Assembly (NCBI GenBank): GCA_000934665.2
Contig: KZ538917.1
Coordinates: forward strand, 1 to 40,361
DNA from: Catajapyx aquilonaris
Lineage: Eukaryota
Length of the DNA stretch: 40,361 nt
Direction of reading: 5' to 3'
Below, piece after piece: positions 22,048 through 33,607 of the stretch (position 1 is the stretch's first letter; each line of letters starts with the position of its first letter). A model generated the notes under the pieces. That model searched no databases and was not told the origin of the DNA. It saw nothing but the letters and a program-made list of their open reading frames with translations. The position numbers and the translations under genes were made by a program.

Positions 22048-22611
22048 ATGAATGTTATTATTGTGCAATTTGTGCTTCTCTCTATTGCACTAGTTTGTTG
22101 CAACAGTAGTCCCAAATGTAAGTCACACTTGATTACCCCCAATAGTATGAGTAGCCTACACTGTACGAGTGAATTTGCGAATTTTACACAACAATGATTT
22201 TTAGATGCGCGCATGTAGTGTTTTTACTGGCAGAGAAAATTAAGTGCAGTCATGCAATGAAAGTAATGTTTGAACGTGTAATTATCAGCAGCTTTACCCG
22301 AATGTAGCTGCCATGCTCCCTTCTTCCAACTTGGTTCTGGTTGCTATCACTATTCTAGTGAGAACATGAATTGGATACAAGGGGCAGAATACTGCGAGGC
22401 TATTGGAGGAAAGTTTGTTACTATCGACAATGCAGACGAACAGTACACAGTTACTCAATACCTTCGTGAAAGTAAGTATCACAAAAATTATGATATTAAG
22501 GGCGNTAATAATCTGATATACGAACACTGCGTGGATATTGAGGCATATCGTAATTGGCAGTGGAATAATGCTGAGTGCCAATTGAATTTTACTGTCATTT
22601 GCGAAGCTTAA
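22048..22611 (+). CDS. Secreted C-type lectin domain protein; the middle of the gene is missing at a single-N join
   Basis: Exon 22048-22117 MNVIIVQFVLLSIALVCCNSSPK (signal peptide, gtaagt donor). Exon 22289-22471 SALPECSCHAPFFQLGSGCYHYSSENMNWIQGAEYCEAIGGKFVTIDNADEQYTVTQYLRE (gtaagt donor). After n22505: NNLIYEHCVDIEAYRNWQWNNAECQLNFTVICEA*. This has the canonical CTLD Cys/Trp pattern but lacks the WIGL segment. Confidence 0.85.
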
Positions 22612-22863
22612 TTATTGTGATTGATATCAGATTGAAGATTAACGTTGTCGACTACATACAAACAAGTTTTTGATTTAGCATATAATTAGTGTGCAGTTTT
22701 AAATAATTCATTAATGGACTAATTAATAAACTCAACTGCTCCTAACCCAACCAGGTGTCTGTTATCAATCCCTTTTATCGCTATGGTAAGTGACACAAAG
22801 TGTGGCAGTGTCTGCTTATGCCAGTCTGGTTCTTCGACTGAGATCAGTGAAACCGCATAATCA

Positions 22864-22980
22864 GAAGGGGATAATTGCCTTGAAATGTCCATGAATTTCG
22901 AGGGACGATGAAAAGATTACCGTACACATTCAATGACAATCTTGTAGGCTATTTTATATGCGAGCAGGACCCAAATTGTT
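22864..22980 (+). pseudogene. Decayed C-terminal fragment of a second C-type lectin
   Basis: EGDNCLEMSMNFEGR*KD (TGA AAA GAT at the position expected for WND), then a frameshift into NDNLVGYFICEQ, which has the CTLD terminal FICE motif. Confidence 0.55.
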
Positions 22981-23676
22981 GGCAGTCGGAAATAAATATT
23001 CAGCTGCAATTTATTCTCAAGGTAAACATTTTTGCCAAGAAATATGTCATATACAGTCGTGCTTCTAAAATTAACTTATTTAAATTGTGTAAGGTCATGA
23101 AATGGCTATATGCACTGCACATGTTCGTGCCTTCCGTTATGTTTATGCAATATTACGAATGCACCACGTTGAACTCATTCAATGAGAATTAAGGGCGCTA
23201 ACACAAAGGTGTCACATGCAGAGTTGTCCATTAATAAAGGATTTCACAATTCGTCAGATCATCTGCTATGATTATTTAAACCACTGTGAAACTGTGAGAA
23301 AGTTACAAATTTTGCAACGCTACATGCCATTGGTGGTGAGACATCACAAAATTACTGTATATTGGAAGTTGCTTCAAATTCTGTGAACCTCAGGTACAAA
23401 TTAAAACCAAAGGGTCAAAAGTTAACCGGTATGCCAATGCTTCATCATCCGCATGTGGTTCGTACGTACCGCATGGTTCCGTTTTAAACATCCTTTTCGA
23501 CCCAACATGTAGTGAAATCAGAACTCGCCTTCCCGTCAAAATGAGATCTAAATTCCTTTATCCACCTCAATTCCGCATATTTTTGGTGTTTATATACATA
23601 CATACCTATACACCCATACACACATACTATATACATACATATTATATATAAATATTTTATATATAAATATTATATA

Positions 23677-23680
<4 letters not shown>

Positions 23681-23709
<29 letters not shown>

Positions 23710-23740
23710 TGTATGTATGTATGTATGTATGTATGTATGT
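23681..23740. repeat. (ATGT)15 microsatellite
   Basis: Perfect tetranucleotide run, preceded by an AT-only stretch and a degenerate (ATAC)n tract. Confidence 0.97.
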
Positions 23741-24155
23741 ATATATAAACAATAATTATTTTCACATACTTCACATTAGACCAATTAGATCAAAATACCA
23801 CCTACTTCTTGTGTTTCCACGGCCAAAATATGAAGCCTGGAGCCGGCTGCCCCAACACTATCCACAAAACACCCAGCACAAGCACCACGCTAGGTTTGAA
23901 GCTCAGGAAGGGTTAAACCTATGGTGGGTGAAGGGACAGGTGTGTGAATGTGGGGGTGGTTAGGGACCTACTATGGGAGGGAGTGGGTGGGAGGAGGTGG
24001 GGGATTTAATGGGTGTGAGCGCGCCCTTCCGACAGTCCACTATGAACCATCTAATAGCAGCCCACCTATGCCTTTGTACATGTAAAAAATGCTGAGGAGG
24101 GGTGGTGAGGGGCTGTGGGAAAAGGTGTGTTTTTTGGGGTGGGGGGGGGGGGGGG

Positions 24156-24189
24156 NNNNNNNNNNNNNNNNNNNNNNNNNNNNNNNNNN
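24156..24189. other. Assembly gap (N run) after poly-G
   Basis: Run of n. Confidence 0.99.
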
Positions 24190-24667
24190 ACAGGTCCAAT
24201 CGCTTACTTTAATGTGGTCCTTTTGATCGAGGTTTATACGCCAATTCTGGTCACCATAAGTAAAGGTCCCACCCAGGTGGAATGACACCATAGGTGTGCG
24301 GGTTGTAATGCACCAAGCGGCATTTATTTCCATTAAGGTCAGTTTTTTCTAAGCTGCATAACTACAGGTAAAATCACATGTCACATCACAAAAATATATT
24401 GCGCAAGAAGCACACAATGTCAACACTAATGTTTGATTTTTTAATTTCTCCAGTAGGCTGCAAAAGTTCAGTTTCCAAAAATTACACTGAATATGGAGGG
24501 CTCCTGTTTGCATTATCATTGTACTGTTGTATCGTGGAATGTTTCACAGGGTACCAGTGTTTTAAAAATAGCAGTGCAAGGCATTATTACATGGACGATA
24601 CAGTGATTCTCTCTGCATAGGATGGTGCTTATACATGTTGTTTGGGTATCATGTCTGTTCGGATATA

Positions 24668-24824
24668 CAGTAAAACCTTGATATAACGCTCCAGTGTGTA
24701 ACGCCCCTTTTTTCTGGTCCTTCGATCATTTTCATAAAGTAAATTTTCCCACATATAATGCTATACCACTTATAACGCTACTTTTGGGAGGTCCCTTGAA
24801 GACCGTTATATCGAGGTTTTACTG
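24668..24824. mobile_element. 157-bp Tc1/mariner (pogo/Tigger-like) MITE
   Basis: TA|cagtaaaaccttgatataacg ... cgttatatcgaggttttactg|TA; 21-bp TIRs with 1 mismatch and a TA TSD. Confidence 0.9.
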
Positions 24825-25880
24825 TAACTGCATAGATTAATACACGTACAGTACACCCAGAATTACAAGTTTTGATAGACACTGACAGATCCTTTTATAA
24901 TTTCATAAAGCACATAATCCTTAAAGAGGGCTCCTCTGGCTACCCAACAACCCTTACACCCTGATACAATATTTCAACAAAATCTAAAAGTTGGTCTGGG
25001 CTAGTCAAACACATGCCTTGAAAGTATACAAAGGTTGATCCTTGGTTAGATATGATCAGGTGCTTAGACTTGTTGGGGGTCCTTTGAGAACTTGTTCCAT
25101 AAACCATCGATTTTTTTTTAAAGGAATCCAGTTAATTTACATAGAACAAACACATTAGCATACATCTGAGTTTGACATTCTTTCACACTAATTTTGGAAG
25201 CTCTACCTTCCCTGTATTGGTTGTAACTTTTACTATTCTCATTTCTGAATTTATGTGTTCTTTTGCATTCGTATCACACGCGTCTCTCTGAGAAATCACA
25301 TAATGGCACATTGTGTTTAGGCTACACTAACACTGACTTATTTCTCAGATATATCCACATAAACCATGAACAGAATACTTTTGGACAGAATGACAAGCAA
25401 AACACTTTAAATTCATTCCAGTCACAAATGTATAATTTAATACCACATACGCATATTGCATCAACAATAATAATTAATCAAGCTTTTTAATGGAACCATT
25501 ACCGTAAATGACACACAATCTACAATGCTACCAGTAAGGCAGTTCCTTGATTCCACAAAACTTATGAGTTGTTCTCTTCAATTTAAAATTGAAATCAAGT
25601 GCCAAAAATTAAACCTCAAGCTTTACTGCCATTCATCCACCAAGAGTAAATTTTGAGAAGAACACAGCATATTATCAGTATTAAATGTGGGATTCATTAT
25701 TATATATGAGTATTTTGTTCATATTCGTTTTCTCTGCTCAGTGTCAAGTGTTGGTGTGTAATGGTAGGTACCACATAATTATGTAGTCATATTAATGTAA
25801 AACATTAGCATTTTTATCACTGAAACATCTCGCAATTAGAGGTGTAGTTGCTGGCTCCATCACATAATAACTTGCTCCCC

Positions 25881-28800
25881 TTAATATGCATCAAAGATGG
25901 AAATGTGAACAAACAATGAAGCAGGTGTGAGGTACTTCCCTGCGTAGTCCTTCAAATAAACGTGCCGATAACCTGCAAAATAAATTCACTAGGTATAGGA
26001 CACAGACAAAGCTTCACACTACAGTTAACAATAAAGGCGCCTCTCAGGGTCATTGAGTTCATGTTGGAAGCTTCCATTTTTTTCCTGTCTTTTTTGGCAC
26101 TGATGCCCAAAATGCCCTTCACACTGCATCCACTTCTGACAATACATTCATTGCCCATGATTCCTCCAGCTGCAATTGCCCTTGCAATAGCACCCGTCCT
26201 AAAACCCATCATGGCCATCCACCCTCATCACCCGTGCAAATGAGACGTTTATAATTAATATTGTTGTACTTGATAGTCATAAGTCTGTGCTGAGAAAACA
26301 ATATGCTGCTAATATGTGATGATTCTTTTTAAAATGCAAAAGTAATACTCGATATAACCGAGATATTTGTACAAGACATTCCCCACTCATAGAATTGTTC
26401 AATCATAATCTCAGTTAATTTTAAAAGTGCAACTGGAGGTAACTCATGAAAGCAATTATGTTGCACGAGTGCAGCTGATTTACTGGCTTGTAAAAAACCT
26501 CGCGTGAAATGCACCAAGCCCTCCACTGTTGAGTCTTCCAGTGGCTGTGTGAACCTTTGGCAGAAATAGGAAGCCACCCACCAGAAGTATCAATCAATCA
26601 CTCTTCACTCTCATTGCCAAAACCCCAATGGTGACTCAACCAGAGCCTGCATGCTTTGGCAGGATTTCCTTCATTCTGACCGTTATCGCTGATGGATCAC
26701 GTTCACCTCTTTCACCCAAATAAATTTACATGGATGAACTTTTTTAAATCCAGAAATAGATATTGCACACTAGCTCCTAATGAAATCATGAGCCTTGGAT
26801 TCCTTTTCAAGGCTGGTTAATTAAGCATAACGTAGCCAATTTGGTAAGCTGAAGATTTCATCAATCACTCGTAAATATGACCACTGAGACAGGCGAGTGT
26901 ATTAATGATGTCACAAACATGCATAGTGTATGTCAATCTTGATACAAACTCACCTTCCTGAACGCTGGTAAATGGACAAGCATAGGCACCAATGGTTTCA
27001 TTCTTGCCCATATTGCAATGATCTTTCACAATAAAGTAGAGAGTTGCCAACTCAGGCATTTTCACCACAATGTCAAAGCTTTCATTCCATTTTGGATTGA
27101 ACCCTGGTTGAGAAACAAACATTTAACAACTGCGGAGAGGAGGCAATTAATAAAAACTCACCATTGTCATGTATGTATGTGGTTCGATGTTTTTGCTTGT
27201 CCTCAGGGTGACCTCGAATTTTGACCATAACATATGGATCAACCACTTCTCCGCCAACTGTTTGGTATGGTTTAGGAAGCTGCTGACCACTGATTACTTT
27301 TATCTTTAATAGTTTCCCATTGCTATTCAAAAGGGAAATTTAAACCAGTCAATTTAAAGCACAAATTTTCAGTAATATTCACAGTACTGGTACTTACTCT
27401 CCAGAAAGCGGTTCATTAGGGTCGTATTGTGCTGCACCAGTCAATACCTGGGGTTTCAGCACATAGCCACAACTGCCATTTTGCTCAAATTTTGCAGAGT
27501 TGAAGAACATGGGCTTACCTTCTGTTTGGTAATTTAGAGCCACTAAAATGCACAAATTTAAATCATTTAGATTTCCAAAATTTTCATGATGTAAGCTATT
27601 ATTTTGCGACATTACCAATATGACAACCAATGTTCCAAAAGGGTATAGGATTGTAATTGCTGGATGAAGCCCTTGTGCCTGCAGGGTATATTCTGCACAG
27701 TTGTTGCTTGTTGTATTCCACAAACTTCACTCCATCACTTTCAATAAGCTCCGCAGCCTTACCCTCCGAGAATGATGACATGTGGAAACACTTTCCTATA
27801 AACATACATTAATTTTAATCCATCACAATTTGACAGTATGTTTGTTGATCTTACCCTTCTCGAAATCAAATCCTCGAAATCTCACTGCTTGGCAGATATT
27901 AACTAGGTCAGAAAGGATTGACGATATGGGCTTCTTTTCCTACAAATGTATACCGTATTTAAAAACTGAGTTCCAACAAACACAGAACTGTCACTTTTGC
28001 ACAAGGAAACTGACCTTTTTCCCCTTCTGCTTTTCATCAGCATCAATGTAATCTACTGGAGGTAATTCTGTTTCATCATCACTGTCTGACAAATTACCAG
28101 CATCCACCTCGTCTCCAACATCAACTAGAGGTTTAGGAGCCATTTTCTTTGCTTTCACAATAATTTTACCCTTGAGATCTTCAGGGGATGGCAATTGTGT
28201 CAAATCTTGCACGTTGGGATTGGTGTAAAGCATATCTGCAAAAATCACTTAGTTATGCAATTATTTTTATTCAGAAGGAATTAAGCTGAGAAGAGAATGT
28301 CATTTAGAGAAACACAAACCTCCCAAGATCTCACTCAAATATCTTGCAAGTTTACTCTGCTGCTCCTCTGTGCAATGATTTTCCATCGACAAAATGACAG
28401 GATATTCAGACATCTCAAAGGCATATGGCTTGAGAGCATCTGAGAGCACTTCTTTGAAGAGGATTTTTGATGTGAGTGTGTGTCCATGATAGATGATGGG
28501 CTCTCCATCATCACCATCCCAGCAGTCAACTGAACAATAAAAAAAAACAGTGTGATAAATTATTGCACTTTTCAGATGATAATGATAATGTCAATACACA
28601 GAAAAAAGTTGTTTTTTCCCCTACGTAAACATAAAAAACCACTGTTGACAACAAAGACTTGATGGCTCTTGACAAAAAGTCCTGCAGAAACTTGAACAAG
28701 AAAAAAAAAAGAAAATTACGCTAGATTAGGCGTGAGTCCTGCATTGTGTGTCCAAATTCGCAGGAACTCCTGAGAATTTATTCAGCTGCCATGAACGCAT

Positions 28801-30782
28801 TGTTCATTCTTGACAATTATCATGGTATAATAATTGCAGAATTACCAAGAACTAAGCAATGCAAAATATTCAGATATAATTTACATATTCTAAACTTCCC
28901 ATAAGACTAAAGCCCTCTCAAGTGGCACATACCATTTTTTGCGATTTTCATAATTACATGAGATGTACATAGAGATACAAAAATGGTACATGCCTTTATG
29001 GATCTCATGTCTGACTTCTAATAACAATTTCAAAATGCCACTGCATAACCAGCTTTCATTATTGGGATAGGTTAGAAGTTTCATTTCCTGCTACCATACG
29101 ACATGTACAGTTGTCAAGTTTGCATGGTTGGAATCATTCGCAAGACTTCACAAATTAGTGGTTCAAATAATTCTTGCTAATTTTTTGAGTTTCACCTGCA
29201 GTAAAGTCATTTTACTACTGGCACATCATCCTCAGAGTATTCATTACCTTCAACACAACGGCATCCAGTTTTCAGAGCACTGACATATGCCTCAACACTG
29301 CTCTTCCCGCTCAGTTGGTTGCCCAGCAGATATCTAAAAGTGTACAATTACCTATTATTATATCACTATTAAATTGCCTTTGTAATTACTGAAAAAGCAT
29401 AAGAATTATCACTGTCAATCAGTGTTGAATAATAATTCATACTTACGTATTATGTGATGAAGCAACGTAATAGTGAGACAATGGCCGGGTCATGTCTTGG
29501 TACACAACACGATGCTCATAGTTAAAAATTTCAAACTTCTCAGACAGCATCATGTTAACGAATCCTGAAAGTATACAAATTTATCATTGCAAATAAATGC
29601 TGATATTTACCTCCAATCCTACGACTTTACCTGAGAGGGAGAGTTGTCGCTTTTTCTTCAGATCTGAGTATTCAAATGTTTCAATTGTGTACTGCGCCTC
29701 TTCAAGAGTCACAAACATCTTTTCTTCTTTCTTCAGGAATTCCATAAGTTCCTCTGGCCCCATTACATTTTTGCTCTCCCTACAATACCTACAAGTGTTT
29801 TTAAAAATCAGCAAAAATTTCTAAAATACTTCTCAAGTAGTGCAGTACAGTAAATGGATATTATACTTTTTGAATAGATCTTCCAACTCAGGTCTTTTCA
29901 AAAGGCTGTAGTAAAACGTTACGAATTCATTTGCATCCAGAACTTGCTCTCCATTCTTCTCCCGCTTATTTGTGTTGGCATCCTAAAAATGTAAATTGTC
30001 GTTAGGTCACCAAGGACCACATTAATTGGCAAGCCTGGGCTCATTGCTGACATGAATGCTAACAAGAGTTATGTAACTGTCTTTAATCAGACGGCTTGTA
30101 AGACTGAGCGGCAAGGTTATTAATAATATATAATTACCTCGAAGAGTTTCTGGGTATGTCTTTCACTCATGGTGATATTCAGCTGCTTTAGAAGTTTAAG
30201 ACACTCGCTAAAATTTAGACTTCCTGTTCTGTCAAGGTCAGCCTCATTGAACTGATTCTTCAGCCAAGTTTCATAATCTTTCTCCTGCTCCAAACTCTTC
30301 ATGACTGTGAGCAAATGGGTCAACCCTTTGACCCAATTGTCACATGTAACTTCATCGGCAGCCACGAGATCCAATGTGCGCTTGTTTTTGCCATAGATGA
30401 TGGAAAAGCAGTTTTTCTCTTCTACCATAGGTGCTGCTTTTGTTTTCTTGCTCCTCTTCTCCACTTTGGTCCCCACTTTGTTGAACACATCTGTCTTCCA
30501 GCCTTTCCTGACATCCACCATGTCTGCCAAGTCGACTGAAACACATAAACAGCAAGTTGAAAGAACATAAACATTTTTACATTAATTATTATTACTCACT
30601 GTGCAAGTCTCCTTCCAGACATGGTGACTTGTAGGATGTATCATAGCAAATCCTAAGTTGTTCAGTGTCCAGATAGTACCTGCGACGGAACCATTTGTTG
30701 ATGGACCTAACCTTCCACAGAAAGGTACCTTCCTTCAAGAGAGTGACGACATCTTCAATGGTTTTGGACCTCTCCAATGTCT
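25881..30782 (-). CDS. PLCD: Phosphoinositide phospholipase C, delta-type (PH, EF-hand, X, Y, C2; no C-terminal extension); first coding exon uncertain (candidate 31684-31693, MVTQ)
   Basis: PH domain ([12 protein letters not shown]..., [18 protein letters not shown]...WVKGL); EF hand ([16 protein letters not shown]); X box ([72 protein letters not shown]); Y box ([41 protein letters not shown]); C2 ([21 protein letters not shown]). Last exon 25881-25972 reads [30 protein letters not shown]. Both catalytic His residues are present. Confidence 0.93.
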
Positions 30783-33011
30783 CTGTAAAATTATATCAAA
30801 AGGATTAGTTTATTATGTGTAATGTATTTCAGTATGAGTAGGACAGCATGGCCAAGTGTTGCAATAAATCTTTCTCAAATACAATATAATATGAAATAAA
30901 GGCGAGATCACAAAGCAAATCACATTTTTGAGAGCTTGATTTACCACTACGCAGGCAGAAAAGGTAATTGCCGAAAAATATTCTCGCCAATCATATAAAA
31001 ATTCAAAACACTTTAAATTCCTAATTTCATAAATACACTTATATGGTGTGGCTCATGAAACTGATCTCATAAAGTATGCTGTACTTTATGATCATTAATT
31101 TTGTAATTGCTTGAGTATAAGACCGATGGTACAGCTTAAGTCAATATTATATTGGTGAAGGTCTTACTTGCCCCTGCCTTGTTTCAGTACTTTCATTTCG
31201 CCACTTACTTACGTCTTACTACCCTTTTTTTACTGTTGGAAATGTTTATGCTCTTATTACATAATTTAGTCCACATTACGACAGAAACCCTTACTGTAGT
31301 AACGTACCAATCAATATAATTACACCTCACACATATTGGCAGTCCAGCCTTGCCCTTCGACAAGGCCATCGATAAAATGTACATATGTGCCATAACAGCA
31401 CATGCATTAGCCTCGCGGAAGGAAAAATACATCTGGCATGTGTCAGTACCATGCACTATTGTTCCTACAAAAACGCTCTTGAAATATTATCGCACCAAAT
31501 GTGACGCAACACTCGGAAAGATTCTACTTATCTTAGTGCAATAAAAATTAAGTTACTCACACACCATTTAGTAGTGCTGAAATATTTATCATCCGAGTTT
31601 ACAATAAGTTATTACATAGGTACTTAAAACAGTACCGCGGCATTGTTTTCGCGGTAGAATCACACAGGTCATGGAGTACTTACGTGTCACCATACGGCGC
31701 AGATAAGTAATGTGTTTGACATTGATATAATAGTAAGCTGATACAGATTTGTTCTGTAGCCATTATCACTGATGTGCGTGGCAATACCAGCCATATGTGC
31801 AGTACTTGTAACCTGACCTAAAATATTACGCATTCACCCTCTAAAAAAATCAGAAGTGTCTCCATTACGACTATACGCCAGACCAAATCTCATTAATTCC
31901 GAATGGCATATTCGGTTCAATCAATAGAGTTCTGAATGAAAATTCAGAAGCTCTCGAGGTCCCCCCCCCATGTCTATTACCTGTCGCTCTCAGTTGCAGT
32001 CGATTCAAATGACGTGACTATAACATTACACTTGCTAACAAGCATTAGATTGCGTAATCTCAACCATGAGAATTGCCCAGAGTCACGTATATCAGCCAGA
32101 AATATTCAGTACTGATAGTGAGTGTGCATTTGACCCCAGCATTTGAATAGTCCATAATTGTCACAATATCCGGTTTTTTAAATACCCTTAATGACACCCT
32201 ACCATAAATTCAATACCTGAAGTTGACACCGCGAAATTCAAATTAATCACCTGTAATTTGGATTGGTGATTTATAGCATAGGATGCTCGTAACAATAACT
32301 TTCCTGAAGTTCAGTACAGGGTGACCCGCCTGTACATACCAAAGTTTATAACAGGATGGAAACACTTGAGGACCAACCACATGGCCCTCACAAAAAACTG
32401 TTTCTGGCAAGTGTCAACCCACCTGTAATCCAGTTAGGAAACCCATCCAAAATCTGCGCCCCTCTAATCACAGGCCTCTTCCGACCATACTTCTTAGCAC
32501 TCTTCATGGCGCCAACTCCTCAAGGCACTATACCGAAACCACTCTTGGCCGGAATCAATATGTTTCTATAAACGTCCGTCGTCCTTCGTAAGTAAAGAGG
32601 CGGACCAACCACGTTCCTCCACTACTTGCCGACACATGTGCCTTACTGACACTTTCAGACTGCGATACTGTGTGTTATCAGTGGCTGGTACGCAGCCTTT
32701 CTGAGCAGAGTAAAAATCCTCAGTCGATAAGAGTGGTACGAATTCGATCGCATATTTGCACGGAATTCGGTCACGGAATTAGCTGTGTGTGTATACCAAA
32801 GGCCATGTAGACGCCAGCGTTGTCTGGTGCTGTTTATGCAAAGATGCACAACAAAAGCTGGGCATGTGGTGTGCAAAATTAGATCTGGCTATGGGCAACT
32901 AGCCAACATTTTGATACTGACCTTACGAGACCTATGCCACTTTTAAAGCGCTTTTTTAAATAGGTTTCAAGAGGTTGTGGCTATTGGATATTTACGTACC
33001 TAGGTACGTAA

Positions 33012-33250
33012 AAAGTGGCCGAAACTAATTGAGACCGATAGTACCTCAAGGTAAATCCATTAATTATTGCGATTCCAGTACCTACTGGCTTACAGGGCAT
33101 GTGCAGACGAATCGTAATAATGGATTTATCTTGAGGTACTACTTGAGGTCTTGAAGCAACCCTTCGCACAGACCCCACGGTGAGGAGGTGTGCGAAGGGT
33201 TGCTTCAAGACCAGGATAAAGTGGCCGAAACTAATTGAGACCGATAGTAC
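33012..33250. repeat. 33-bp perfect direct repeats enclosing two adjacent hairpins
   Basis: aaagtggccgaaactaattgagaccgatagtac at 33012-33044 and 33218-33250; imperfect inverted repeat 33039-33075/33109-33141; perfect 24-bp inverted repeat 33147-33170/33189-33212. Confidence 0.9.
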
Positions 33251-33475
33251 TTTCGCAGAAAGTCAAAATACAATATGTATTGCATAGGATAGCAAACACA
33301 TCTCCGAAATTTGACACTATTTTTAAATGTTGGTCAAAATGTAGATTATTTTAAGGCACTATTTAACTATTTCAAATATAAGTGTTTGAATCCGGCGCCG
33401 CGCAGGTGGGGGGGTGTCACGTGATCTATTCAGATGTTGTTTCCCAAGCATTGCAAGATCAATTTCATTTCTTGC

Positions 33476-33607
33476 CTAATTGTTAGAAGGTAATGTAATT
33501 TTTCACTTCTAATTGTTAGAAGGTAATGTCATTTTTCACTTCTAATTGTTAGAAGGTAATGTAATTTTTCACTTCTAATTGTTAGAAGGTAATGTCATTT
33601 TTCACTT
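33476..33607. repeat. Minisatellite, 4 x 33 bp (2 x 66-bp higher-order unit)
   Basis: Unit ctaattgttagaaggtaatgt(a/c)atttttcactt, with the variable base alternating a,c,a,c. Confidence 0.95.

Noticed and set aside
23685..23963. MYVC-repeat ORF
   Set aside because: Translation of the ATGT microsatellite.
33476..33607. CRISPR-like appearance of the 33-bp repeats
   Set aside because: The units are contiguous without spacers, there are no cas genes, and the context is eukaryotic.
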